The position numbers and the translations under genes are program-made. This document shows positions 8,712 to 18,030 of a DNA stretch of 64,000 nt, piece after piece. The stretch comes from a virus (Duplodnaviria > Caudoviricetes), in the IMG/VR virus record IMGVR_UViG_3300028735_000004, positions 128,001-192,000 of that record, one strand, 5' to 3'. The notes under the pieces are model-generated. The model was not told where the DNA came from. It did not search any database and saw only the letters and a program-made list of their open reading frames with translations. How positions within the stretch are numbered: the first letter of the stretch is position 1; every line of letters starts with the position of its first letter.

Positions 8712-10891
8712 TATTCAATCCTTATAGCATTAGTGCCATCACTTATAATTTGATATGCTTTACTTCCTGGAACAACTACCCCTGTATCGCCAACAGAAGC
8801 TTTAATTGTAGCAGGATATCCGGTATTATTCCAAAAAACTCTTGTCCAACCATTAACTCCAAATTGCGCTACAACAATAAAAGATGCAACTGGAGAGCCG
8901 GTTAGTTTAATTCTATCATTATTCATCTGATAATCATTTAATGTAATAGTTCCTCCAGCGGTGCAATTTACTGATACAATACCAGAAGATTGTAAGGGTT
9001 CTAGTGCCCACTGATTGGCCGGAACATCTAAATCTAATAAACAACTCCAAGTTAAATGATTATCTACGGTATTATATCCAACAGATGTTCCCCAAGATGG
9101 TTCAGAAGCTCCACTAATTCTGCTAAAAGAATTATCTGGTGCTCCGCTTTCATATCCAGCTAATCTGTAAACATAACCATTTGCTACGGTGGGTTTTATT
9201 AATGTACCTATTGCATAGTGAGTATTTGCTGACCAAGTAGTTGCTAATGCTGCTCTTCCACAAGCGATTTTAACAGTCCATCCTGGCCCACCAGATCTTT
9301 GATAAGGAGATCCTGATTGAGCTCCATTTAATATTAAATCTCCTGGACGATACCAATTGAAGTATCCGGCACGACCAGTAAATGGAGTATCTTGAACTAC
9401 TTGTGCTATTCTTCGCTCATCACCATATGAACCGTGCCAAACATCAGATAACATAATTTGGCCTGGTGCCGGACCAGATTCATATCCGGTTAACCAATAG
9501 CCAAATGTTTGAACACCTCCAGCTAAACCTACCAACCATCTTTCTGTTACACCTGTATATGCGCTTTTTTTAGCCATCCAATAAGGAGGTGTTGCTCCAG
9601 AAGGTTTTTGCCATCCAAGAGACCATCCTTCAGAAGTACCACCTCCTATCGTATGAAAAACCTCTACTGGTTGAGTATAAGTTCCTTCACATCTCCAAAC
9701 TAATCCTTCATATTCTGATACTGTTTGACCAACTACTGTAGGCCATACAGGAGGTAATTCTCCACCGGGATGATATGTTCCATAAGTTCTTCCTGAACTT
9801 AAAGCTTTATAATAATATCCATTATTTGGTTGATAATAATCATTTTGTGCAATAAAAATTCCGTACCCTGCACCTTGTCCAGGATAACCTCTTACTGATG
9901 AATATCTATTTCTAACACTTAATGAAGATGGCCCTGCACTTGCTGGTGCAAAACCCCAAAACGAAGAATCATTATGAATATAAGCTAAATCACCACCAAC
10001 AACTGCTATATTACCTTTAAATATAGATGGTGCATCCTGTTCGGCATAACATCCAAAAAATGAAGAAAATGTAGGAGAAGATATTCGATCACAATCATAA
10101 TTTAATCTTCTATTAGCGGAAGTATGACATCCTACCCATGTACATCCCAAAAAAGAATGATCATAAATGCCAGTATCCCAATTACCAGATGCGTCTATAT
10201 TTATTCCAAGGCATACATTAGAGTCATCTCCTATTAAAGTAATACCATTTCTGCCATTATTACTTAAAACAAGATCTCTAAATTGAGTATTATTTCCATT
10301 TACCTGTGGAGTAAATGTTGGAGGATAACTTGCATATAAGATGATACCATCTCTTGGAAAACCTAATACATGTATTTCTCTAAAAATGGAGCCGTGAGAC
10401 ATAACCCTGATTCCATCCATATTTGCAGGTCCGCCGGGAAAAGTAGGACCTCCGTTTGATTGGCTGTTTTTAAGAAAAAATCCTTCAACCACACACCAAT
10501 CAGCTTTACCTCTTGCAGGGCTCATTGCTTGTCCGATCCAATATCCTGTTACGGCTATAGCGCAATATACAGTTTCTCCACCAACTGTGGGAATGCCGGT
10601 CGCTGTAGTTAAATTAAAATTACCAGTTGCAGTGTCAGCAGTAATAGTGGTATTGCCGTTTGCGAAGCCGGCTCCCCTAAATGTAATACTTTTTGATATA
10701 ACAATTGGTCTTGTTATTCGATAATTTCCGGGAGGTAAAAATACAATCGCCCCATCATTTAAAGGATCATTTGAGTGTGGATTTACTACGGCATCAATTG
10801 CCGCTTGAATAGCATATCCATCATCATTAATTCCGTCGCCTTTTGCACCGAAATCTCTTACATCATAAGTTGGAATTTTTACATAGGATAT
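8711..10891 (-). CDS. Tail spike/fibre with pectate_lyase_3-type right-handed beta-helix and carbohydrate-binding-like modules; ATA start
   Basis: Frame open 366 nt upstream of the track start: (M)SYVKIPTYDVRDFGAKGDGINDD..AIQAAID..VFLPPGNYRI. AGGT RBS-like site precedes ATA at 10891. Confidence 0.8.
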   Translation of the reverse strand: MSYVKIPTYDVRDFGAKGDGINDDGYAIQAAIDAVVNPHSNDPLNDGAIVFLPPGNYRITRPIVISKSITFRGAGFANGNTTITADTATGNFNLTTATGIPTVGGETVYCAIAVTGYWIGQAMSPARGKADWCVVEGFFLKNSQSNGGPTFPGGPANMDGIRVMSHGSIFREIHVLGFPRDGIILYASYPPTFTPQVNGNNTQFRDLVLSNNGRNGITLIGDDSNVCLGINIDASGNWDTGIYDHSFLGCTWVGCHTSANRRLNYDCDRISSPTFSSFFGCYAEQDAPSIFKGNIAVVGGDLAYIHNDSSFWGFAPASAGPSSLSVRNRYSSVRGYPGQGAGYGIFIAQNDYYQPNNGYYYKALSSGRTYGTYHPGGELPPVWPTVVGQTVSEYEGLVWRCEGTYTQPVEVFHTIGGGTSEGWSLGWQKPSGATPPYWMAKKSAYTGVTERWLVGLAGGVQTFGYWLTGYESGPAPGQIMLSDVWHGSYGDERRIAQVVQDTPFTGRAGYFNWYRPGDLILNGAQSGSPYQRSGGPGWTVKIACGRAALATTWSANTHYAIGTLIKPTVANGYVYRLAGYESGAPDNSFSRISGASEPSWGTSVGYNTVDNHLTWSCLLDLDVPANQWALEPLQSSGIVSVNCTAGGTITLNDYQMNNDRIKLTGSPVASFIVVAQFGVNGWTRVFWNNTGYPATIKASVGDTGVVVPGSKAYQIISDGTNAIRIE

Positions 10892-10928
10892 TATTTACCT
10901 AAAATAATATCCTTTTATTAATAAAATA

Positions 10929-11147
10929 TTATTTAATAATTTTTACATTAATGGCTTTAGGATCGCCTTTTATATTTTGGCCGACCTCAAATTCAACTTC
11001 CGCATCTTTTGGTACAGTTTTAAAACCATCAACTAAAATATCTGAATAATGCAAAAATATATCTTTTTGTTGCTTGCCTTCTTGTTCCCAAGAAATAAAA
11101 CCATAACCTTTTTTATTATTAAACCAACAAACTTTACCTTTAAACAT
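10929..11147 (-). CDS. csp: Cold-shock domain protein
   Basis: KGKVCWFNNKKGYGFI (RNP1) and DIFLHYSDI (RNP2). Confidence 0.92.
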   Translation of the reverse strand: MFKGKVCWFNNKKGYGFISWEQEGKQQKDIFLHYSDILVDGFKTVPKDAEVEFEVGQNIKGDPKAINVKIIK

Positions 11148-11158
11148 TCTTTTCTTCC

Positions 11159-11404
11159 TTATTTAATAATCTTACCATTTACCTCTATTGCATCTGCAGC
11201 TCCAAGTAATCTATTAATTTCTTGAGCCCCCATTGCCGCAATAGCTTCTCGTTCTTGTTGATTAGTACAATTTTTTAATAATTTATCATACTTATCGAAT
11301 ATTTTAAGCAAATCACCCTCAAAACCCCAAGCTCGACCGCTCTCTAATAATTTTTTACGAGTTTCTTGCTCATTTAAAAGTTTCTTACCATTAACTCTTT
11401 TCAT
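11159..11404 (-). CDS. Hypothetical protein
   Basis: 81-aa ORF in operon spacing. Confidence 0.7.
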   Translation of the reverse strand: MKRVNGKKLLNEQETRKKLLESGRAWGFEGDLLKIFDKYDKLLKNCTNQQEREAIAAMGAQEINRLLGAADAIEVNGKIIK

Positions 11405-11426
11405 AATTCTTTATATATCAAGCAAA

Positions 11427-11726
11427 TTATTGTTGTGCCCAAGCTTCAACAGAAACAACAGGATTAGTTCCAGATTTTACTCTAAACCATATTAAACATA
11501 TATTTCTATTTACAAAATTTAAAGTAGCTCTATTGGTACCATAATTTAATTCTCCGTGGACGGTTGTTCCATTGAAAGAATACTCTACAACTCCTGTGCC
11601 TTCAATATGAAAAACTGCTCCAGAAGTTTTAAAAGTAATAATCATATCCGGATTTGTACCAAATTGGGTGCTACTTACAGTTGTTTTTTGAAAAAAATTA
11701 AAATCTTGACCTTGGGTTTTAGCCAT
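11427..11726 (-). CDS. Small beta-rich hypothetical protein (possible virion protein)
   Basis: AGGAG RBS; beta-strand-rich sequence. Confidence 0.65.
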   Translation of the reverse strand: MAKTQGQDFNFFQKTTVSSTQFGTNPDMIITFKTSGAVFHIEGTGVVEYSFNGTTVHGELNYGTNRATLNFVNRNICLIWFRVKSGTNPVVSVEAWAQQ

Positions 11727-11755
11727 AATAATCTCCTAAATAATATTCCTAAATA

Positions 11756-12619
11756 TTATATATTAGACATTACTAATTTTGCCTTATTATATCCCAAATC
11801 TATCATATCTCTTATTTTAACTGGATCAAAATCTAAAGAATTAGAAATAAGATTAGTATCTGGTCTAATTATGTTATATGTAATTACTTTTTTATCAGTT
11901 AATCCAGCTGCGGCTAATTTATTATACATTATTAACTTTTCTAAATCATTAGAAAGTATTTTATCAGTTGAAACATCAAAAGATCGGTGTAAAATATTAA
12001 AAACATTTGTCATCTCTATAACAGAATGATTTCTTTCTTCCGGAGAAGTAAAAAGTATATCTATATGAGTTGCACCATTTTCTATAGCGGTAGCAATTGG
12101 AGATAATGTTTTGCTACCACCGTCTGACCACCAAGACCCATCAAAATATATGGGTGATAACATTCCTGGAAATGAGGCGGATGCTATGACTGCATCAACA
12201 AAATTAGATGATGTTTGATCGAACACCATATATTTGCCAGAATTTAAATTAACCGTGCCGACACAAATTTTTTTACCACTTTGTTGAATTTTACCTAAAT
12301 CTAAATTTGATTTTAATAATTGATGTAATGGAGTGCTATCATACACAGAAGGTTTCCATAAAGCGGCCAACATTCCAAAATATTTCCAATTTTTATAAAT
12401 CTTTTTTGTATCTAATCTCAACCACCATTTTTCAAGAGTATCAGATGCTTCCTGTTCAAATCCTTGTTTAAACATTCCTAAAAAAGCAGCATTAATGGCG
12501 CCTACCGAAACTCCACAAATACAATCATAATGTATCTGTAAATCATAAAGAAGATGCTTTAAATTTCCAACACTAAAAGCTCCTCTTGATCCGCCTGCTG
12601 ATAATACTAATGCTCTCAT
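11756..12619 (-). CDS. Patatin-like phospholipase
   Basis: LVLSAGGSRG oxyanion loop, GVSVG (GxSxG), DGG. Confidence 0.92.
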   Translation of the reverse strand: MRALVLSAGGSRGAFSVGNLKHLLYDLQIHYDCICGVSVGAINAAFLGMFKQGFEQEASDTLEKWWLRLDTKKIYKNWKYFGMLAALWKPSVYDSTPLHQLLKSNLDLGKIQQSGKKICVGTVNLNSGKYMVFDQTSSNFVDAVIASASFPGMLSPIYFDGSWWSDGGSKTLSPIATAIENGATHIDILFTSPEERNHSVIEMTNVFNILHRSFDVSTDKILSNDLEKLIMYNKLAAAGLTDKKVITYNIIRPDTNLISNSLDFDPVKIRDMIDLGYNKAKLVMSNI

Positions 12620-12620
12620 T

Positions 12621-13475
12621 TTATTCTTTTAGTCTTTGCTCTATTTCATGTATAATAAACATAACATCATTTGTTAAATCTAATCCTATACGATAATCTT
12701 CTTTTCCATCTATTGCATCAAGGAAAACTTTAATAACATTAAATAATGGAGTTTGCTCATATTTATCTATAACGGGTAATCCATTAAATAATAATTTATT
12801 TTCAGATAAATCATCATAAATAAATGTATCTTTATGAGAAGATACAATAAATTTTCTCATTTTAGTAGGAAATCCATTTCCAAATCCAAGATCTGCTTTA
12901 AGCTCTCCTTTAATATTATCTTTTTCAATATTAAAAAATAAAGAAACATTGAAATTTTCAGCAATTTCTTCATTTAAACTTACTTGTTGTTTTTGAGCAG
13001 TGAACTTCTGTGGTCTACCTCTCATTATATCTAATGTCAAAGCAATATCGTGTGGACCATAATCGTATAATGAAGAGTAATTTCTTATAGGACCATTATT
13101 ATATCCGCAAGAATATAATGCTGTTATTGCGTTGTGATCGCAATTATTTTTTATAAACTGATAATAATCTGAAAATAAATGTATATGATTTACAATTATT
13201 GGTGATTTATATTTATTTAATAACTCTATATCTTCATAATTTAAAGATATAGGTTTTTCAATAATTACTGGTATATTTTTCTCTAAAGCCTCTATTGCAA
13301 TTTCAATATGACTTTCTGGAGGAGTGGAAATTATTATACCATCACATTTTTTATTAATTAAATCTTTCCAATCTTCTTTGCCAGCAACTAATAATTTACA
13401 ATTTTCAAAATTAGCAATTGTATTTATATAATTCCTTCCCCATTTGCCAGCACCGATTAATCCTAAAGTCTTCAT
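12621..13475 (-). CDS. Gfo/Idh/MocA family NAD(P)-dependent oxidoreductase
   Basis: GLIGAGKWG, STPPESH, EKP motifs. Confidence 0.88.
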   Translation of the reverse strand: MKTLGLIGAGKWGRNYINTIANFENCKLLVAGKEDWKDLINKKCDGIIISTPPESHIEIAIEALEKNIPVIIEKPISLNYEDIELLNKYKSPIIVNHIHLFSDYYQFIKNNCDHNAITALYSCGYNNGPIRNYSSLYDYGPHDIALTLDIMRGRPQKFTAQKQQVSLNEEIAENFNVSLFFNIEKDNIKGELKADLGFGNGFPTKMRKFIVSSHKDTFIYDDLSENKLLFNGLPVIDKYEQTPLFNVIKVFLDAIDGKEDYRIGLDLTNDVMFIIHEIEQRLKE

Positions 13476-14428
13476 TTTACATTATAAAACCAAGAATTAT
13501 TTTGATACCAATTAACACATTCTTTTAATCCTTTATCAAAACTAAATGTGGGTTGCCAACCTAATGATTTTATTTTTAAACAATCAACGGAATATCTAAA
13601 ATCATGTCCTGGCCTGTCTTTTACAAAAGATACTAAATCTTTTTTTACTTCAAGTATTTTAGAAATTTTCTCTACGATTTCCAAATTTGTAAATTCTATA
13701 CCTGAGCCTATATTATATACTTCATTTACATTACCTTTTTCCACTACTTTCATAATAGCAGAACAATGATCTTCAACATAAATCCATTCTCTTATTTGAG
13801 TTCCATTTCCGTGAATTGGAATTTTTTGATCATTTAATATACAAGTAATTACTTTAGGTATTAAATTTCTTGGAGGCTGACGCGGACCAAAGTTATTGCA
13901 GCATCTGGTAATGTTATATTTAAGCCCGTGAGTTTGGCTTGCAGCATGTACAATTAATTCACCGGCTGCTTTTGAAGCACTATACGGATTTCTTGGTTTA
14001 ACTACGGCTTCTTCAGTCCAAGATTTATCACCTAAACCAAGCTGACCATATACTTCATCAGTTGAAACATAAACGAATTTTTCTACTCCATATTTTACAG
14101 CCATATCGACCATAACTTGAGTTCCAACAACATTTGAATGTATAAATGGGCCCGCACTTCTAATACTATCATCTACGAAACTTTCTGCAGCTCCGTGAAT
14201 AATAATATCCGGACGTTCAACAGCGAAAACATTTTCCATAAATTGTTCATCAGCAATATCGCCCATATAAAAACTATGATCTTGATTTTCTTTTATATTA
14301 TAACGATTATATGAAGCAAGAACCTTATCAACACTAACAAATCTATAATTTAATTTTTCGCGCATCACTTTACGCATAAAATTTGAAAAAATAAAACCGG
14401 CAGAACCTGTTATCAATATTGTCTTCAT
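13472..14428 (-). CDS. rfbB: dTDP-glucose 4,6-dehydratase
   Basis: TGSAGFI, HGAAESFVD, STDEVYG, PYSASKA, NNFGPRQ, RPGHDFRY. Confidence 0.9.
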   Translation of the reverse strand: MKTILITGSAGFIFSNFMRKVMREKLNYRFVSVDKVLASYNRYNIKENQDHSFYMGDIADEQFMENVFAVERPDIIIHGAAESFVDDSIRSAGPFIHSNVVGTQVMVDMAVKYGVEKFVYVSTDEVYGQLGLGDKSWTEEAVVKPRNPYSASKAAGELIVHAASQTHGLKYNITRCCNNFGPRQPPRNLIPKVITCILNDQKIPIHGNGTQIREWIYVEDHCSAIMKVVEKGNVNEVYNIGSGIEFTNLEIVEKISKILEVKKDLVSFVKDRPGHDFRYSVDCLKIKSLGWQPTFSFDKGLKECVNWYQNNSWFYNVK

Positions 14429-14844
14429 ACTTCCTCTAATTTTAGAATTTTTTTAATTAAATCATCAGCCTTACCTTCTAAAACTGCAGATTTATCAAAA
14501 TGATAATTTGCTCCCTGAATCATCATATTAACATTATTTTGCTCTACATCTGAAAATGTAATAATCGGAATTTTTCTATTATTGGCCTGAATCCACATAA
14601 TTAAATCAGAACCATTACCTTCTGGCATATCGTGATCTAAAATAATTAGATCAATTTTACAATATGTAATAAGTGCAGATGCGGCAAGTGCGCCTGGAAC
14701 AACACTAAATTGAACTATTCCTTGGGGCTCAAATACTTGTAAAAAATGATTTAAAATACCTGATTGATTAGTTAAATCATCTTCACATATTAAAATATGT
14801 TTTTGTGGATATTTTAATCTATTAACATGTCTAAATTGAAACAT
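14425..14844 (-). CDS. Stand-alone response regulator receiver domain
   Basis: ILICEDD, LIILDHDMPEGNG (phospho-Asp), IITFS, FDK. Confidence 0.8.
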   Translation of the reverse strand: MFQFRHVNRLKYPQKHILICEDDLTNQSGILNHFLQVFEPQGIVQFSVVPGALAASALITYCKIDLIILDHDMPEGNGSDLIMWIQANNRKIPIITFSDVEQNNVNMMIQGANYHFDKSAVLEGKADDLIKKILKLEEV

Positions 14845-16064
14845 TATATTTCCTTATATTCTGGAAGCGGAATAATCCAAGTGCCTTTAAAATTAGAATT
14901 ATTTTTAATAATTGAGTCAGAAAAATTCCAAGCTCCAATAAAAATATAATCTACCGGATCTGTATTTATTTTATCTGGAGAAAATATTTGAATATGTTTT
15001 CCTGGCGAATATACATTTTGTTTATCATTAGATTGTTTTAATAATGCATCTTCAATTCCATATTTAATAATATTTTCATCTATATTAAATGTATAAGCAA
15101 GAGTTGTAAATTTTGCAGGTAATCCGTAAATCGCAATTGATTTTCCGGAATTATATATTTGCTGTAATCTACTGGAAATTTTATCTCTTAAGAAGAGAAC
15201 ATTATCACAAAATTGATCTATTTTGGTATTTATATTTTTTTCTAAATTTAAAATATCATATACTGACTGCTTAATTTCCCTTGTTCCAGCTTTACACATA
15301 TATGCCCTAAAGGAACCGCCGTGATTTGGTAATCTTTCTACATCAAAAATATCTAATTTAAATTTCTTAAAATATTTAACCAAAGGATCTATATGAAAAT
15401 GATGCATATGTTCGTGATACACCAAATCCAACAATCCTTTATCTAAAATATCTAATAGATAAGAATTTTCAATTATAAATACTCCATCATCAGATAATAA
15501 TTCTAAAACTCCTTCAACAATAGTATCTAAATCCTCATTATGTGCAAAGCAATTATTACAAGTTATGACTTTAGCTTTTCCATAATTATCAGATATATTT
15601 TTGGCTAAATCTTTATTAAAGAATTCTGGTATAGTAAATACGCCATCATCATTTGCTTGTTTAGCAATATTTTGTGCCGGATCTACCCCTATAACCTTAA
15701 TATTTTGATTTAAAAAGTTCTTAAGAAAACATCCATCGTTTGAAGCAATATCGCAAATAATATCTTTAGATGTTAAATTAAATTCATTTATTATTAAATC
15801 TGCATATGTTTTAAAATGTTCTACATTAACTTTGCTTGTGCTACTTACATAAAAGTAATTTCTATATAATCTTTCTTTACTTACTATACAATCTAATTGT
15901 ATATGATTACAAGATTGACATTGCATTAAATTTAATGGAAATAAATCTTGCTTATCTTTATTATAAATAAATTCATTGGCAAGTGGAGAATTAGCTAAAT
16001 GTAAAATTTCTTTTATACTTCCACCGCATAATAAACATTTATTTATAATTTTATAATCAGTCAT
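14844..16064 (-). CDS. NDP-hexose C-methyltransferase (TylCIII/TcaB9-like)
   Basis: N-terminal CxxC..CxxC Zn site, DIASNDG SAM motif, YHEH, HGGS, YGLPAK. Confidence 0.85.
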   Translation of the reverse strand: MTDYKIINKCLLCGGSIKEILHLANSPLANEFIYNKDKQDLFPLNLMQCQSCNHIQLDCIVSKERLYRNYFYVSSTSKVNVEHFKTYADLIINEFNLTSKDIICDIASNDGCFLKNFLNQNIKVIGVDPAQNIAKQANDDGVFTIPEFFNKDLAKNISDNYGKAKVITCNNCFAHNEDLDTIVEGVLELLSDDGVFIIENSYLLDILDKGLLDLVYHEHMHHFHIDPLVKYFKKFKLDIFDVERLPNHGGSFRAYMCKAGTREIKQSVYDILNLEKNINTKIDQFCDNVLFLRDKISSRLQQIYNSGKSIAIYGLPAKFTTLAYTFNIDENIIKYGIEDALLKQSNDKQNVYSPGKHIQIFSPDKINTDPVDYIFIGAWNFSDSIIKNNSNFKGTWIIPLPEYKEI

Positions 16065-16483
16065 TAAAAATTTACTCTCACTACTGAATTCTCATAATTT
16101 TCGTGATTTTTTTCAATTCCATTAATAGTAATAAATGTAGTATCTTCTAAAAATTCTAATTTATGAACAACATCTGGTTTAGAAAACACCATTTGTCCAG
16201 CAGTAAAAATTTTAGGCTCCTTAACATCTTTACCATCTAAACTTCTTTCATAATATTTTAAAGAGCCAGAAACAATATAACAAGCGTGCCAATCTTGTTT
16301 ATGATAATGATTTGCTCTAACGGATCCGGCTTTACTTGTAATTAAAGTAATACTACCAGATGGTCCGAGCCATAAATTTTGTATTGTTCCACGATCATCA
16401 ATAAAAGGTTTATCTAACGGAACTTCAACATTTTCTGGATATTCTGCATTATTAACTAACTCTACATATTTTTTATTATCCAT
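16064..16483 (-). CDS. Cupin sugar epimerase/ketoisomerase (RmlC/FdtA-like)
   Basis: DDRG, RANHYH..H motifs; operon context. Confidence 0.7.
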   Translation of the reverse strand: MDNKKYVELVNNAEYPENVEVPLDKPFIDDRGTIQNLWLGPSGSITLITSKAGSVRANHYHKQDWHACYIVSGSLKYYERSLDGKDVKEPKIFTAGQMVFSKPDVVHKLEFLEDTTFITINGIEKNHENYENSVVRVNF

Positions 16484-17621
16484 TTTTCTTACCTTTATAT
16501 TCTATAATTTTTTGCTCTAATTTAGAAACTGATTTTTCCCAGCTGTGCTCCAACGCAAATTTTCTACAACGATCTATAACATCATCTGCATATGCTTTAT
16601 CTGTTAGAGATTTTATTATTGAATTAGTATATTCTGGTAAATGGTCTTTGATTGGAGATGGGATTACAATACATCCGGAATCCTTATATATACTTCCTAA
16701 ACAATCTTTATCTGTAATTACTGGAACTGTATAACTTGCATGTGCTTCAAGAGTTGATACGGAAAAACCTTCAGAAAATGATACTGTATCACAAGTATAA
16801 CCAAATACACTGGCTTGACTAAATTCCTCGTTTATTTGTTGCCTACTAACAGAGCCTATATGTTCTACTCCAAAATCTTTTAATTTTTCTATTGCATTCT
16901 TAATATATCTTACTCTTTGACCCATTTCAACTATATGAAAATGATTATTTTTATCGTGAGGTTCGATATTAGGAATTGCTCCATAATTAAAATGATAAAA
17001 AATCTTTAAGGAAGCATAAGGAACTTCTTTTCTAATTTTTGGCCATTGAGATAATAACCAATGCAACCCACGATCTGCACTTGAGCACCAAATAACTCTT
17101 CCCGGAACTCTACGATCTTCATATACCTCTGGAGAGCATCCTAATGGCACCATATCCCATTTATCTGGTCTAATTGACCTTGCTTTTAAAATCTCCATAT
17201 GTTGATGACAAACACCTAAATATAAATCAACAAAGTCATCATAGTTAGGTCCGCAATAACTAAAGTCATTTAACATCTGCCAAACAATTCGTAATGGTTT
17301 GGTAGTAGAGTTAGATAAAAAACTAAAAACCTCCGGTTCATTTAATGAAATAACACAATCAAATGTATCATCGACAACATTTACAAGTTCATCAAAATTA
17401 TATAATTTTGCCCCGGCCCACATTTCCGGCTTATTATGAGGTTGAGCGTGAACCGTAAATAAATGAACTTCGTGTTGTTTTTTTGCAAATTCTTCTGCCA
17501 TTTTAACAAGACACAATTCAGTTCCAGTTAATCCTCTTGAACTAACCAAAATATTACTGTACCAAAAATCTAATGGACGAGAACCGATACTATATGGACC
17601 TAAAACAAGCGCTATTTTCAT
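16476..17621 (-). CDS. GT-B (GT4-like) glycosyltransferase
   Basis: GLTGTE, SSADRGL, SEGFSVSTLEA; start set at ATG 17621 (ATGA overlap). Confidence 0.8.
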   Translation of the reverse strand: MKIALVLGPYSIGSRPLDFWYSNILVSSRGLTGTELCLVKMAEEFAKKQHEVHLFTVHAQPHNKPEMWAGAKLYNFDELVNVVDDTFDCVISLNEPEVFSFLSNSTTKPLRIVWQMLNDFSYCGPNYDDFVDLYLGVCHQHMEILKARSIRPDKWDMVPLGCSPEVYEDRRVPGRVIWCSSADRGLHWLLSQWPKIRKEVPYASLKIFYHFNYGAIPNIEPHDKNNHFHIVEMGQRVRYIKNAIEKLKDFGVEHIGSVSRQQINEEFSQASVFGYTCDTVSFSEGFSVSTLEAHASYTVPVITDKDCLGSIYKDSGCIVIPSPIKDHLPEYTNSIIKSLTDKAYADDVIDRCRKFALEHSWEKSVSKLEQKIIEYKGKKNG

Positions 17622-18030
17622 CAAATACCCTTTGGTGTAATATATAACATCGTGCAAGGATGTCTTTCTATTTCTTCAAAATTACAATCAAAAGATGATG
17701 TAATTAATTGTTTTACTCTATTAGAAATTTGAGGATCTAAAAAGTTATGACATTCTATAATCATATTTGTTTTAAATTTACTAATAGATTTTAATCCGCC
17801 TATAATTGCTTTTTCTTCCGCGCCTTCAACATCGATTTTAATCCAATTAATTTTATTAATTTTATATGTATCAACAACATTATCTAATGTTATCATATCA
17901 TATACTTTAGTTATTGTTTGAGAAGGCCAATGTGGAGCATAACTACTCTATAAAAAGAATATTCTGGATGAGTAGTACCTTTGATTACTTTAAATTCTTT
18001 ATTTTTAAAAGTTTGATTTTTAATTTGCAT
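17621..18030 (-). pseudogene. FkbM-family methyltransferase with internal deletion/frameshift
   Basis: N-stub MQIKNQ...HPEYSFY from ATG 18030 joins out of frame near 17950 to SSYAPHWPS...TLD...IKIDVEGAE..IECH; no DIGA SAM motif remains. Confidence 0.75.

Noticed and set aside
6801-10891. Recombinase-driven shufflon or tail-fibre switch
   Set aside because: No invertase/integrase in the window, only a 3-bp inverted match at the joints, and extra lesions remain after re-inversion.
6801-10891. Diversity-generating retroelement
   Set aside because: No reverse transcriptase in the window and no near-identical template/variable repeat pair differing at adenines.
11756-12619. CBASS defence operon
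   Set aside because: No CD-NTase adjacent; the nucleotidyltransferase at 58247 has CCA/poly(A) motifs and is 46 kb away.
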